A stretch of DNA of 64,000 bases from Deinococcales bacterium. Its GTDB lineage: Bacteria; Deinococcota; Deinococci; Deinococcales; JAAFIG01. This document shows positions 26,162 through 36,279 of this stretch, piece after piece. Positions within the stretch are counted from its first letter, which is position 1; each line of letters opens with the position of its first letter. The notes under the pieces were generated by a model. The model did no database searches. It saw only the letters and a program-made list of their open reading frames with translations, and was not told the DNA's origin. The stretch lies in contig JAYWGM010000089.1 in the NCBI GenBank assembly GCA_043778225.1, positions 1 to 64,000 on the forward strand. The letters run 5' to 3'. Made by a program: the position numbers and the translations under genes.

Positions 26162-27310
26162 CTAAATGGGTTGTTTGAGCGCCAGCAATGACCCAAGCAC
26201 CAACACACCAGCCGACCATGCCAGACCAATCTGTAAACCACCAGCGTTATCACTTATCCATCCAGAAATAAGCGGACCAATACTTTGCCCAGCCGCAAAA
26301 ACAATTGTAAATAAAGTAATCCCTGCGCTCCAAGCACCAGTTGGTAAGTACCTGCGGGCTAAAGCTGTGGTTGCACTGACCACCGATAAAAAAGAACCAA
26401 AACAAATGGCTGAAAGTAACATGATTAGAACATGACTCGAGAATAACGATAAGATTGCACCAATAGCCACCACGGCTAAGGCAGCCGCTAAACCCCGAGC
26501 GCCTTGCCAAGCAACGATTGGCACACTCCAAATTCGTGCTGCGAACATCGTACTAAGTCCAAGGGTAGCCCAAAACAAAGCAATTTCGGGTGTTGTTGCG
26601 CCTTTACTTTTCATAAATGCCACCGAGAAAGTCATGTAGGCAATGTATCCAAGGGCAAAACAAGCATAGGCTAAAAAAGAAAATTTGAGTCGCCAAGCAG
26701 ACCAAGTTGTGGTACTCGAGGAATTATTCTTAACATCAGGCAATTGCCAAGCAACATAACTTGAAAGAACACCAAAAATAAGTGCAGTACAACCCAGAAT
26801 TATCCATAAAGAACGCCAATTGATATTTGCTTCAAGTGCAAACGGTAGTGTTGCACCTGAAAGTAAAATACCAAAACCAGCCCCTGCATAGTACGTGCCG
26901 AGCATGGTAGCGGCTCGAGTTGGATAATTTGAAGCAGCATGGGCAATCAGAACACCACCTGCAATAAAAACAACTGCGCCACTGATGCCAGCTAAACAAC
27001 GCAATAACAACAACCAAAAGTAAGTATCAACAAAACCACTGCCAATTAAAGCCAAAGCAGTCAACAGCAAACCACCAATGAACACGTGTCGAGTACCAAA
27101 TGATTTCATGGCAAAACCAGCCAGTAACGCACCACATAAATACCCTAGGGCATTGGCGGTGTTCATGCCACCTGCTAAAGCATACGTCCAAAGAAGCTCG
27201 GTTCGCATTGGTGGTAATAACAAAGCATAAGCAAACCGCGCTAAACCCAAAGCAACCGTTGCACCAAGCGCTAAACCCCATGCAATTTGATTGTCTCGAG
27301 AAAATATCAT
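26162..27310 (-). CDS. YbfB/YjiJ-family MFS transporter
   Basis: GLARFAYALLLPPM, NALGYL, 12-TM pattern; start overlaps upstream stop. Confidence 0.88.
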   Translation of the reverse strand: MIFSRDNQIAWGLALGATVALGLARFAYALLLPPMRTELLWTYALAGGMNTANALGYLCGALLAGFAMKSFGTRHVFIGGLLLTALALIGSGFVDTYFWLLLLRCLAGISGAVVFIAGGVLIAHAASNYPTRAATMLGTYYAGAGFGILLSGATLPFALEANINWRSLWIILGCTALIFGVLSSYVAWQLPDVKNNSSSTTTWSAWRLKFSFLAYACFALGYIAYMTFSVAFMKSKGATTPEIALFWATLGLSTMFAARIWSVPIVAWQGARGLAAALAVVAIGAILSLFSSHVLIMLLSAICFGSFLSVVSATTALARRYLPTGAWSAGITLFTIVFAAGQSIGPLISGWISDNAGGLQIGLAWSAGVLVLGSLLALKQPI

Positions 27311-27927
27311 GAAACCTCCGCCCGAAAATTCGTACCCAGTTTTTGAGCAAATCCAAAGTAATGCCGAAAAACATATAACAACGGCGACCACTGACTGGTA
27401 TCCACATGATTCGTACCCGTGAAGACCATGTTTTCATGGGCATGAACTTGCATGACCTGCATTTCCACAATTCGGCATTCATCAGCAAGTCCCAATTCAT
27501 CTGGTGAACAAGCATGAACAGCTAAAACCTTGGCTTCGAGTTGCAACGGACACTCGAGAATCCGACTTGGTTTTACAACAATACTTTGTGCTTCTGACCA
27601 ACCAGCCAAAGCAAATTTATTACGCACATACGAATACCCCATAGCGACCTTATAAGTTGGTACTGGGTCATGTCCAGTTGTGGCTGCGATTCGTTCTACG
27701 GCTGCGTGCATATCACTTGAAGGAAGGTTAATCACTGCTTCACCGCACCGTTCGAGATTATTAAAACCTTGCCCGTGAACCCCCAAACCAAGAACAATCC
27801 GATCTGCCAATGCCCAAGCGCTACTCATGACCGAAATATTACTCGAGCCATCTGCATTTAAGGTTGTCATCAAAGCCACAGGAGTTCCAAAATACAAAAT
27901 ACTTAGTTTTATCGAACGTGTTTTCAT
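27307..27927 (-). CDS. Flavin reductase family protein
   Basis: ILYFGTPV, SSAWAL, RILECPLQLEA, W.PLLY.FR. Confidence 0.85.
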   Translation of the reverse strand: MKTRSIKLSILYFGTPVALMTTLNADGSSNISVMSSAWALADRIVLGLGVHGQGFNNLERCGEAVINLPSSDMHAAVERIAATTGHDPVPTYKVAMGYSYVRNKFALAGWSEAQSIVVKPSRILECPLQLEAKVLAVHACSPDELGLADECRIVEMQVMQVHAHENMVFTGTNHVDTSQWSPLLYVFRHYFGFAQKLGTNFRAEVS

Positions 27928-28010
27928 TCTAGCAATCTAAAAGAAGCATAGTAACAAACGTTTCAAGTTTCATCGAAACAATTTGTGGCATAAACCCGTA
28001 CACTCAAAGC

Positions 28011-28688
28011 ATGAACGTTATTCAACAAGAAAAGCAAGCCACCGAACCTGACCTTTCAAGTGCCGCAGCCCTGATTGGCGAACCAACTCGAGCCACCATG
28101 CTGACCGCCTTAATGACCGGACTTGCCCTACCCGCAGGCGAACTTGCAGAATTAGCAGGAGTCAGCCCTCAAACCGCCAGCATGCACTTACAAAAACTAT
28201 TGGAGAACAATTATTTGCAAGTCGAAACACATGGCAGGCACCGTTACTACCGACTCGAGAATGCGGATGTAGCCGTTGCCCTTGAAGCGCTGATGGTGAT
28301 TGCCCCGTTGCAGCACAAAAAACGATTATTACCCGACAAAGACCTTTGTTATGCCCGCACTTGTTATGATCATCTGGCAGGATGGCTCGGGGTACTGCTT
28401 TGCCAAACCATGCTCGAGAACAACTGGATTACACAACAACACCTTGTCATGACCACCACCGAACTTGGCAGCCGCAACCTCGAATTTCTTGGCATTAAAC
28501 CCAATCAAGCCCGAGCTTGTCTTGATTGGACAGAACGACGGCATCATCTTGGAGGTGAACTCGGACGTGGTTTAACCACGTATTTTCTTGAACAAAAATG
28601 GGTGGTGCGGCACACCTCGAGCCGGGCTTTGCGTGTCACCGAAGCGGGAATTTTGGGACTACGCCATGTTTTTGGTATGCGTTTATAA
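28011..28688 (+). CDS. ArsR/SmtB-family regulator
   Basis: AGELA..AGVSPQTAS.HL, GRHRYYRL, ARTCYDHLAG, CLDWTERRHHLGG. Confidence 0.92.
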   Translation: MNVIQQEKQATEPDLSSAAALIGEPTRATMLTALMTGLALPAGELAELAGVSPQTASMHLQKLLENNYLQVETHGRHRYYRLENADVAVALEALMVIAPLQHKKRLLPDKDLCYARTCYDHLAGWLGVLLCQTMLENNWITQQHLVMTTTELGSRNLEFLGIKPNQARACLDWTERRHHLGGELGRGLTTYFLEQKWVVRHTSSRALRVTEAGILGLRHVFGMRL

Positions 28689-28767
28689 AAAATCCTGTAA
28701 TCTTGCCGCAAAAAACACTTGCTCGAGTACCCCAGTGCCAATCCAGATGATGGTACTTCGATAATCA

Positions 28768-28818
28768 TTTTGCATTAGAATACCCTTATGGTACATCCTT
28801 TGGCTGGTCTTCCCACGC
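28768..28818 (+). repeat. Degenerate duplicate of the pgm promoter and first 10 codons
   Basis: 46/51 identical to 34631-34681. Confidence 0.92.
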
Positions 28819-28827
28819 TACTATTTA

Positions 28828-28859
28828 AGAAACATGGGGCTGGACGCGCCACAAAGTAC
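28828..28859 (+). repeat. Second copy of the wHTH-tail fragment
   Basis: 29/32 identical to 26102-26133; encodes KHGAGRATKY. Confidence 0.85.
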
Positions 28860-28918
28860 CTACAGGAATAAATTACCAGAGTTTAAGCAGCGAAGAATGA
28901 GTCTGCTATACTTTTTAT

Positions 28919-29332
28919 ATGGCTCGAGATAAGTACCATTACGCAGCACGAATTGCACTTGAAAAAGAAAAGTGGGTTGTGACTAACGACCCACTCGAAC
29001 TCAGTTTTAAGCAAGCAGATTTTGAAATTGACCTTGCCGCCGAACGTCTAATTGCTGCCGAACGTGGACTCGAGAAAATAGCGGTGGAGATTAAAAGTTT
29101 TCTGAGTAAATCTGCAATTAGTGAGTTTCACACAGCACTTGGTCAGTATCTGAACTATCATGAGGCACTTCAAAACTTGCAACCAGACCGAAAACTCTTT
29201 TTGGCAGTGCCATCGGATGCGTACAACACGTTTTTTCAGTTGCCATTTACACAAGATAGTCTAAAAAAGTATCAGATTCCATTAATTGTGTACAACCCGA
29301 AAACCGAGGTGATTGAATTATGGAAACCCTAA
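28919..29332 (+). CDS. xisH: XisH-family protein
   Basis: ARDKYH, DLAAERLIAAE, KIAVEIKSF, FHTALGQYLNY, RKLFLAVP. Confidence 0.92.
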   Translation: MARDKYHYAARIALEKEKWVVTNDPLELSFKQADFEIDLAAERLIAAERGLEKIAVEIKSFLSKSAISEFHTALGQYLNYHEALQNLQPDRKLFLAVPSDAYNTFFQLPFTQDSLKKYQIPLIVYNPKTEVIELWKP

Positions 29333-29670
29333 CACCGATGCAAAAAGCAGTTCATGCGGCACTCGAGAAGTTTAAGCGCCCGTTCCTGAGCTTACCCGGT
29401 ACTACCAGACACATTATCATGGACGATGCCGCAGGGCATTATCAAGTTCTAAACATTGGTTGGCACGAATTCAACCGAACATTTGATGTTGTGGTGCATA
29501 TCAGTATTCAAAATAATTTAATTTGGATTCAAGTAGATAACACCGAACCGGGTATTACCGACGCACTACTCGAGCAAGGAATAATACCAGAACAAATTGT
29601 GTTGGCGTTCCATGCGCCGTTCAAGCGTCAATTTACGGGTTTTGCAACTGGAAATGAAGTCTCCGCGTAG
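29320..29670 (+). CDS. xisI: XisI-family protein
   Basis: HYQVLNIGW, HISI..IWIQ.DNTE.GI, GI..EQIVLAFH.P. Confidence 0.92.
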   Translation: METLTPMQKAVHAALEKFKRPFLSLPGTTRHIIMDDAAGHYQVLNIGWHEFNRTFDVVVHISIQNNLIWIQVDNTEPGITDALLEQGIIPEQIVLAFHAPFKRQFTGFATGNEVSA

Positions 29671-29738
29671 ATTGGAAGCTAACTTGGTCGAGAAATTAGT
29701 GTCCACTCAAAAAAGGAGTTGTGTATGACTTAAAAAAC

Positions 29739-31343
29739 CTATGCTTGAAAGCATTCTTGTGATAAAATTTCATTTGCTAAAGTAGCAAATTCAAAATTGC
29801 TTTTTCCGGCTTTTACAAAGGCGGCTTCACCACTTTCAACGATTTTAACAAAAACCTTTCTTTGATCATTCGACCACGCTACAGGCTCACGTCCCTTACC
29901 TGCCAACAGCATTGTGTTACCTGCTCGAGTATCCGCCCAGCCAATGACTTGTTGGGTACGTTCATCAATAACAGTTGTTCCACTCGTGGCGGCAAAAGTA
30001 CGATGTAAGGCTCGAGTTTCAAACATTTTTTCAGTAACTGGTGATGGTAAAAAATCTTCAAACTGGTTCATGAGTAAAAAATTACTTATTAAAGCAAGTC
30101 GTATTACATCTTCGGCAGCAGATTCTGGGATTTGATAGGCTTGCATTAGAAATCCGAGTAAGCCATTTTTGGTGGAACTGCTTATTTGCATGAGATACGA
30201 TGCCACTTGTTGCAAGCAGCCTGTGAGCGATGGGCGTGGATCATAGTCTGTGTGAATTTGTTTATTTTTGACCTGTTGTAACAATGGCATGAATTCCGAA
30301 ATACTATCGAATAATCCACTAACTAAGACAACACGGCGGATTCCACCACGTCGCCCTGCTCGCCCTGCACGTTGTACCAAAGAACTTGCATCTAGTGGAG
30401 TATCGAAAAGGATACAAGTGTCTACGTCACCAATATCAATACCAACCTCAAGCGTTTTAGTTGCCACAACCAAAACAATGCGGCGAGTTCTGAGGTGTTC
30501 TTCCGTTTGTTTTCGGTGCGTAGAAGAAGTTGACCCATGATGCACAAAGACACAATCTCGTAAATGTCCTTGATTTAACCAAAGTGTGACTTGTTCGGCA
30601 CGTTTTCTCGAGAGAACAAAGCCAAGGGCTTTTTTGATTCCAGTGTCTTTTAGGAATTGCAAAAAGCCAGTTGCTCCAATAATTTCTTCGCCAGCCCAAT
30701 GATGAGTTAAAAATTCAATTTGGCTTTGTTCTTCGATACTTACTAAAACACTGTTTTTTCGCAATAAACCTGTTTTGGTAACAATGTCAGGCTGGGGCAA
30801 AGTCGCCGAGATTCCCAAACGCCTGTGCTGAGAATTGAGCATAGAAATTCGGTGTAGTAAACCCACCAATTGTGTACCTCGAGGATTATTTAAGAATGTA
30901 TGAATCTCGTCAATGATAATATCTTGCACATTTTGAAGGTCACTTGGTCTTCGTACCAAGGTGCTATCTAAACCTTCTGGAGTACGAATCAGAGCATCGC
31001 TTGGTCTTATTTTGCTTTGCGTATTTTTATCACCAGTAGCAACATCTAAACGCAGTCCTAATTGTTCAAAAATTGGTGACATTCGCTTGTGTAAATCAGT
31101 TGCCAAAGCTCGAGTTGGACTGATTATCAATGCTCCTAATTGATTTTGTTGTTCTCGAGGGCGCAGTAATAAACGCTGGGCAACTGGAACAAAGACCGCT
31201 TCTGTTTTACCCATACCAGTCGGCGCAGTAACCAATCCATCTCGCTCTAACTCGAGCAAAGCAAAAGCCTGTTCTTGCAGTGGGCGTAATTTACCGCCAA
31301 AACGCGAAAAGAAAGCCCGTTTAACCACTTGACTAATTATCAT
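29739..31343 (-). CDS. SF2 DEAD/DEAH helicase, Lhr/BrxHI/SngC-like
   Basis: LRPLQ, APTGMGKT, SPTRAL, TPEG, DEIH, RGTQL, SAT, HHGS, LEVGIDIG, QRAGRAGR. Confidence 0.9.
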   Translation of the reverse strand: MIISQVVKRAFFSRFGGKLRPLQEQAFALLELERDGLVTAPTGMGKTEAVFVPVAQRLLLRPREQQNQLGALIISPTRALATDLHKRMSPIFEQLGLRLDVATGDKNTQSKIRPSDALIRTPEGLDSTLVRRPSDLQNVQDIIIDEIHTFLNNPRGTQLVGLLHRISMLNSQHRRLGISATLPQPDIVTKTGLLRKNSVLVSIEEQSQIEFLTHHWAGEEIIGATGFLQFLKDTGIKKALGFVLSRKRAEQVTLWLNQGHLRDCVFVHHGSTSSTHRKQTEEHLRTRRIVLVVATKTLEVGIDIGDVDTCILFDTPLDASSLVQRAGRAGRRGGIRRVVLVSGLFDSISEFMPLLQQVKNKQIHTDYDPRPSLTGCLQQVASYLMQISSSTKNGLLGFLMQAYQIPESAAEDVIRLALISNFLLMNQFEDFLPSPVTEKMFETRALHRTFAATSGTTVIDERTQQVIGWADTRAGNTMLLAGKGREPVAWSNDQRKVFVKIVESGEAAFVKAGKSNFEFATLANEILSQECFQA

Positions 31344-32413
31344 GAAGGCTCACCTAGCCTCAGATGGTCTAATGCGGCGACAATAGTACGGGTAAATAAA
31401 CGTATATCTTCGTTATCTGTATTTTCCAGAACATTGTCAAGTAATTTTTTTCTGAGTTGTCCTTTTTTTTGATTATAAGCAATTTGATAAATTAGTCCGA
31501 TTTGTTCTGCAATTGCAATTCGGTTCGAGCGGTCAATGATTTTTAGTTGAATTACTGGGATGTTAAGCCTATTACTCAGCACTTGTGCTAATCCAAATTT
31601 GTGGGTGAAAGCAAAAATTGTATGCAAAAAAGAGGAGGTTTGAAGGTCTGAGTTATACTCATCTCGATAAGTTTTTAAGGCTTTGGTACTTTTGTTTGCT
31701 GAACGAGTAGCAAACCAAGTCATTAGGTTTTGTGCCTGAGTGGCACGATGTAGTGTATACGCCCATTCACTTCGCTCTGCTTCGTCGAATAGAATAACAA
31801 AGCCTTTGACTTTAACCTCGCTTTTGAGTTGCATCGCAAACTCAACGAGTTTTCCGACTACACGATTTGCGGCTGTCATTGCAGCAGGTATTTGACTTGA
31901 CAGGTTTTGATTTTCAACAAGTTCTGTCAAGTTGCCAAACCGTTCTAAAAAATGTTCACGAAGTTCCTTCATACCATCCAGAACACTTCTTGAAGGCATA
32001 AATTCTCTTGTATTCATTGCACGCTGCAACAAAAACATACCTTCAGCACCAGCGATAAATTCTGTCGCGATTTTGACCTGAAATGAATGCTCAATAGCTT
32101 TCAAAACTGCATCAGGGTTTTCAGCGCGTTCGTTTGACGACCCCAATTCAAGTGCTGCAACAGCATAACCTTGCTCGAGCAGGTGCTGAGTCAAAATCTC
32201 GAGCAAATGCGACTTACCAACACCATACCCACCTACCAGAATTTGACTCGAGCCATTTTCGTTTTGCTGAATATGATTTTTTAGGACATCGAGTTCATTG
32301 TCACGTCCATAAGATGCCATTAAATCCGTGACAGCTGGCGAGACAATGCCACAACGCAGTGCTTCAAGAGCAGCTCGAGCTTTGAACATGGTGGCACGAT
32401 ATTGTGGCTTCAT
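31340..32413 (-). CDS. P-loop ATPase, BrxD/DUF2791-like (second copy)
   Basis: ARAALEALRCGIV, GGYGVGKSH, VILFDEAE. Confidence 0.8.
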   Translation of the reverse strand: MKPQYRATMFKARAALEALRCGIVSPAVTDLMASYGRDNELDVLKNHIQQNENGSSQILVGGYGVGKSHLLEILTQHLLEQGYAVAALELGSSNERAENPDAVLKAIEHSFQVKIATEFIAGAEGMFLLQRAMNTREFMPSRSVLDGMKELREHFLERFGNLTELVENQNLSSQIPAAMTAANRVVGKLVEFAMQLKSEVKVKGFVILFDEAERSEWAYTLHRATQAQNLMTWFATRSANKSTKALKTYRDEYNSDLQTSSFLHTIFAFTHKFGLAQVLSNRLNIPVIQLKIIDRSNRIAIAEQIGLIYQIAYNQKKGQLRKKLLDNVLENTDNEDIRLFTRTIVAALDHLRLGEPS

Positions 32414-32423
32414 AAGGATTTTA

Positions 32424-33653
32424 CTATCTGGGAGTATTGCTGACAATGGCTTCAATATCCGCACTGGTCGGGTGTTTACCACTTTTTAACTCAAATAAAA
32501 CACTAATAAAAGCCTGAAAAAATAAACGTCTAAAGTACACATCATCTGCTTGCTTAATCACTTCTTTACTGGTCAAATCAGCAAATCGCTGCCGACTTGT
32601 GTCATCTATGCTCGTGCGGTAGGCAATTTGAAAAAGCTCCACCAATTTAAGGCTGACCTCTTGGCAAAGCTGCATTTTGGCTTCGGTGCTTTGATTGCGT
32701 TCGTCCAATACAATTCTTGTGGCTAACGGGTTACTCGGAAACCCAACTGATTGTACACGCTGAATTAAGGCGTGTACTCCACCAAAAATTTCTAGGAAAC
32801 TCGTCCAACTTGGGATTGAATACAAAAACAGTACGCCACCCCAACCACCAGTAGTTTCGTTAATCAGTTGCACTAAATTATTTGAGGCGACAGTTCTTTC
32901 GCTATTACGCGATAGAGAAAGCGAGCGATCACCTTCGTCCATAATAAAAACTAGACCTGGCAAACCCATTTGTCGCAACCACAAAGCAATCGAACGGATT
33001 GCCAATGCACCTGTTTTTTTATCAATTGGCTCAAGCGTGGTTTTGCGTCGCAAATTTGGGCTAGATTTACCTGCCCGTAAATAAATTAGGCATTCGTCAA
33101 GTGTGTTTCGGTCATCAGATACAATCGCCATGGCTGCCTTATGCAAAACAATGCGGATACTGGGTAAAGGTAAATCGCGGATGTTCCGCATTTTTGTATC
33201 AGCATAGGTTGCAGGGTCAGTTTCGGTATCTTCGGGTGGTGGTAAAACCAAACGCCGTAAGACTTGTTCAATTCCTTCGGCTCGAGGCTGGGATTCGGTG
33301 GCTGGTAAGGCTAATTTTTCAATTACTTTTTGATAAATAAGTTCAAAATTCGTTAAGGGACATGAGTCTTTGTGCAATTCAATAAAAGCACTGGCAAAAC
33401 CATGTTGATGCGCTAAACGCTCTACAGAGCGCAAATAATGTGTCTTTCCGCCTCCGTAATAGGCTTCAACGATTTTGAATGCACCTTGTTCACTATTTGG
33501 CAATAAACCATTTTCGGCACTAAAGTATTCTTCCCGAAATATCTCGAGGTCAGCTTCAAGACCAATGCTGATAAACTCTATAATTTCACCGCTTGGTGGA
33601 ATAGCATTCTGCAAAGCGTGTAAGGCTTGTTGCGCTTGAGATCGTGAAATCAT
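32424..33653 (-). CDS. P-loop ATPase, BrxD/DUF2791-like (first copy)
   Basis: ALHALQNAIPP, AYYGGGKTH, GFASAFIEL..CPL, GLVFIMDEGD. Confidence 0.85.
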   Translation of the reverse strand: MISRSQAQQALHALQNAIPPSGEIIEFISIGLEADLEIFREEYFSAENGLLPNSEQGAFKIVEAYYGGGKTHYLRSVERLAHQHGFASAFIELHKDSCPLTNFELIYQKVIEKLALPATESQPRAEGIEQVLRRLVLPPPEDTETDPATYADTKMRNIRDLPLPSIRIVLHKAAMAIVSDDRNTLDECLIYLRAGKSSPNLRRKTTLEPIDKKTGALAIRSIALWLRQMGLPGLVFIMDEGDRSLSLSRNSERTVASNNLVQLINETTGGWGGVLFLYSIPSWTSFLEIFGGVHALIQRVQSVGFPSNPLATRIVLDERNQSTEAKMQLCQEVSLKLVELFQIAYRTSIDDTSRQRFADLTSKEVIKQADDVYFRRLFFQAFISVLFELKSGKHPTSADIEAIVSNTPR

Positions 33654-34453
33654 TTCTTCACCGCCAAGGCAATGCCAGAAATTGGTGTGGGCTGCGGGTG
33701 CTTACGAGGCTCGAGAAAACTAGGTAGCGATAAATACAGATGTGGTTCTTTGGTGCTGTGTTGGGTTGCTCCTGTAAAAGAAATGTCTAAATCGTTACCT
33801 TGCTTGAAGGCTTTTAAGAGATAAGCCATTTGCGCTCGAGTTATCACAGTTCTTGTGACATCATCGGTTGAAGTTAAGTGTGCTTTTAGTAATTTATCGC
33901 TGGTCATCAGCAACATTAAAATGTTTGGACTCACAAATTGAAAATGGGTTGCTCGATGTAAAAGCTGATAACTGCTTTCAAAAATTTTGGCAAGGGCTTT
34001 GGCTTTAGTTAAAATTGCTTCAATTCCCATAATAATCTCGAGTGCCGTTATTGCTAAGACTTCGGCATTAACCGTTTCTATGGTTGTAATGACAACATCA
34101 TCAAGTACGCTCACACGCCAAGTATTGGGTTGTTGCTCGAGAAAATTGACGCACCCGAAGTAAGCATTTGGCGGACGAAATTCACATTCGCAATTTTCTT
34201 TTGCAGCAATTTCCCGTAAGGTTTCCCCCATTGTACGGCGGGATGACTGCACAATTTCTTGTCTTTGAAGTTGTGTGGAAACAAAAGCATCGGTCTGTAG
34301 ATTAAGCGATTGAACCAATAGTGTGAGGGCTTCGTCTGTGGCTTTAGGGCTGTGTTGTAAAAATCCTAAGGCTTCCTGAATTTGCTTCGTGGAATCACGG
34401 ATACTGCCTAAAGCACTGCTGTTACCGCTACGCTGTACTTTCTTTTTAGCCAT
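33650..34453 (-). CDS. Hypothetical protein heading the ATPase-ATPase-helicase operon
   Basis: GAGG-N6-ATG at 34453; stop overlaps next start (ATGA); no family recognised. Confidence 0.75.
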   Translation of the reverse strand: MAKKKVQRSGNSSALGSIRDSTKQIQEALGFLQHSPKATDEALTLLVQSLNLQTDAFVSTQLQRQEIVQSSRRTMGETLREIAAKENCECEFRPPNAYFGCVNFLEQQPNTWRVSVLDDVVITTIETVNAEVLAITALEIIMGIEAILTKAKALAKIFESSYQLLHRATHFQFVSPNILMLLMTSDKLLKAHLTSTDDVTRTVITRAQMAYLLKAFKQGNDLDISFTGATQHSTKEPHLYLSLPSFLEPRKHPQPTPISGIALAVKK

Positions 34454-34650
34454 TTTACGCCTCGCTTGAGACAATAGCTTAACACCTAAGACTAAAAAAT
34501 GTCGTCTAGGGTGTCCAAATTGTTTTACCCAGCAGTATCATTCTCTTTCCAAAGGTTAACACTTGACTTGTTTTGGCTCGAGCTAATTTTCTTGAAAACA
34601 GTAGCTCGGAACTTCCAATTCTCGAGTCACTTTTGCATTAGAATACCCTC

Positions 34651-36279
34651 ATGGCTCATCCTCTGGCTGGTCTTCCCGCGCCGTTTGGTCTTCTCGAGAA
34701 TATTCCGCGTTTAATCGCTGCGTATTACAGTTTTGCGCCTGACCCAAGCAACCCTGCCCAACGCGTGGCGTTTGGCACGAGTGGTCATCGAGGCTCGAGT
34801 TTGCGTGGTACGTTCAATGATGCCCATATCGCGGCAATCGCTCAGGCGACTGCCGAGTACCGTGCCGAAGCTGGTATTACAGGCGATTTATTCTTGGGTG
34901 TGGATTCGCACGCCCTGTCCGAACCTGCTTTTAATACTGCCCTCGAGGTGCTGGTTGCCAATGGTGTGAAGGTGCGTTTTGATGTGGCTCGAGGCTACAC
35001 GCCAACGCCTTTGGTTTCCTATGCGATTCTTAACGCCAATAAAAACAGTGCTGTACAAGCCGACGGGATTGTGATTACGCCTTCACATAATCCACCCGAA
35101 GATGGCGGTTTTAAGTACAACCCACCAACCGGTGGTCCTGCCGATGGTGTGGTCACCAAATGGATTGAAACTCGTGCCAATGCCTTGCTCGAGGTTGGGC
35201 TTGATGGTGTCAAGCGAATCCCGTTTGCGGCAGCGCTCGAGGCAGCCACAGCCTTTGATTTTATTACGCCTTATGTGCAAAATTTACCAAATGTGGTCAA
35301 TCTCGAGGCAATCAAAAAGGCTGGTGTTAAAATTGGCGTTGACCCGCTTGGTGGCTCGAGTTTACCAGTCTGGCAAAAAATTCTCGAGCTTTATGGTTTG
35401 GATTTAACGATTGTCAATGATCGGATTGATCCAACTTTTGCGTTTATGCGCGTGGACAAGGACGGTAAAATCCGTATGGATTGCAGCAGCCCAAGTGCCA
35501 TGGCGGGTTTAATCGAACTTAAAAACAGTTTTGCCGTTGCCATTGGTAACGACCCCGATGCCGACCGCCACGGAATTGTCACCCCAAGCGGCTTGATGAA
35601 TCCAAATCACTTTTTGGCGGTTTGTATAGACTATTTGTTTACCCATCGCCCAGACTGGAATGCCGACATGGGCGTTGGTAAGACCCTTGTCTCGAGCAGC
35701 CTAATAGACCGTGTGGTGGCTCGACTTGGGCGCAGGCTCGAGGAAGTGCCAGTCGGTTTCAAATACTTTGTGGATGGTCTGGCTTCGGGGCGGATTGGCT
35801 TTGGCGGCGAGGAATCGGCGGGGGCAAGTTTCCAGCGCTTTGATGGCAGCGCTTGGAGTACCGACAAGGACGGGATTATTCTGGGTTTACTGGCAGCCGA
35901 AATCACGGCAGTAACAGGGCAAACCCCAGATGAGTATTACTCGAGGCTCGAGGCAGAATTTGGACGCAGTTTTTATAAACGCATTGATGCCCCAGCCAGC
36001 AGCCAGCAGAAAAAAATCTTATCCAGTTTAAGTCCAGAAATGGTGACTGCCACAAGTTTAGCCGGCGAAGAAATTACCGCCAAACTCACTCGAGCGCCCA
36101 GCAACAACGAACCGATTGGCGGCTTAAAAGTCTGTACAGCTAACGCTTGGTTTACCGCTCGACCAAGCGGCACAGAAGAACTCTATAAAATCTATGCCGA
36201 AAGTTTTATTTCCGAGAGCCATGTAAACGAGGTACTCGAGGAGGCTCAAAAAATCGTCTCGGGTGCTTTTGGTGTTTAG
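34651..36279 (+). CDS. pgm: Phosphoglucomutase
   Basis: [44 protein letters not shown]. Confidence 0.97.
   Translation: MAHPLAGLPAPFGLLENIPRLIAAYYSFAPDPSNPAQRVAFGTSGHRGSSLRGTFNDAHIAAIAQATAEYRAEAGITGDLFLGVDSHALSEPAFNTALEVLVANGVKVRFDVARGYTPTPLVSYAILNANKNSAVQADGIVITPSHNPPEDGGFKYNPPTGGPADGVVTKWIETRANALLEVGLDGVKRIPFAAALEAATAFDFITPYVQNLPNVVNLEAIKKAGVKIGVDPLGGSSLPVWQKILELYGLDLTIVNDRIDPTFAFMRVDKDGKIRMDCSSPSAMAGLIELKNSFAVAIGNDPDADRHGIVTPSGLMNPNHFLAVCIDYLFTHRPDWNADMGVGKTLVSSSLIDRVVARLGRRLEEVPVGFKYFVDGLASGRIGFGGEESAGASFQRFDGSAWSTDKDGIILGLLAAEITAVTGQTPDEYYSRLEAEFGRSFYKRIDAPASSQQKKILSSLSPEMVTATSLAGEEITAKLTRAPSNNEPIGGLKVCTANAWFTARPSGTEELYKIYAESFISESHVNEVLEEAQKIVSGAFGV

Noticed and set aside
28919..29670. 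fdxN-type excision element
   Set aside because: No serine recombinase or nif genes in the window
29739..34453. Complete BREX or Shango system
   Set aside because: No pglX, pglZ, brxA/B/C or recognisable TerB-domain gene
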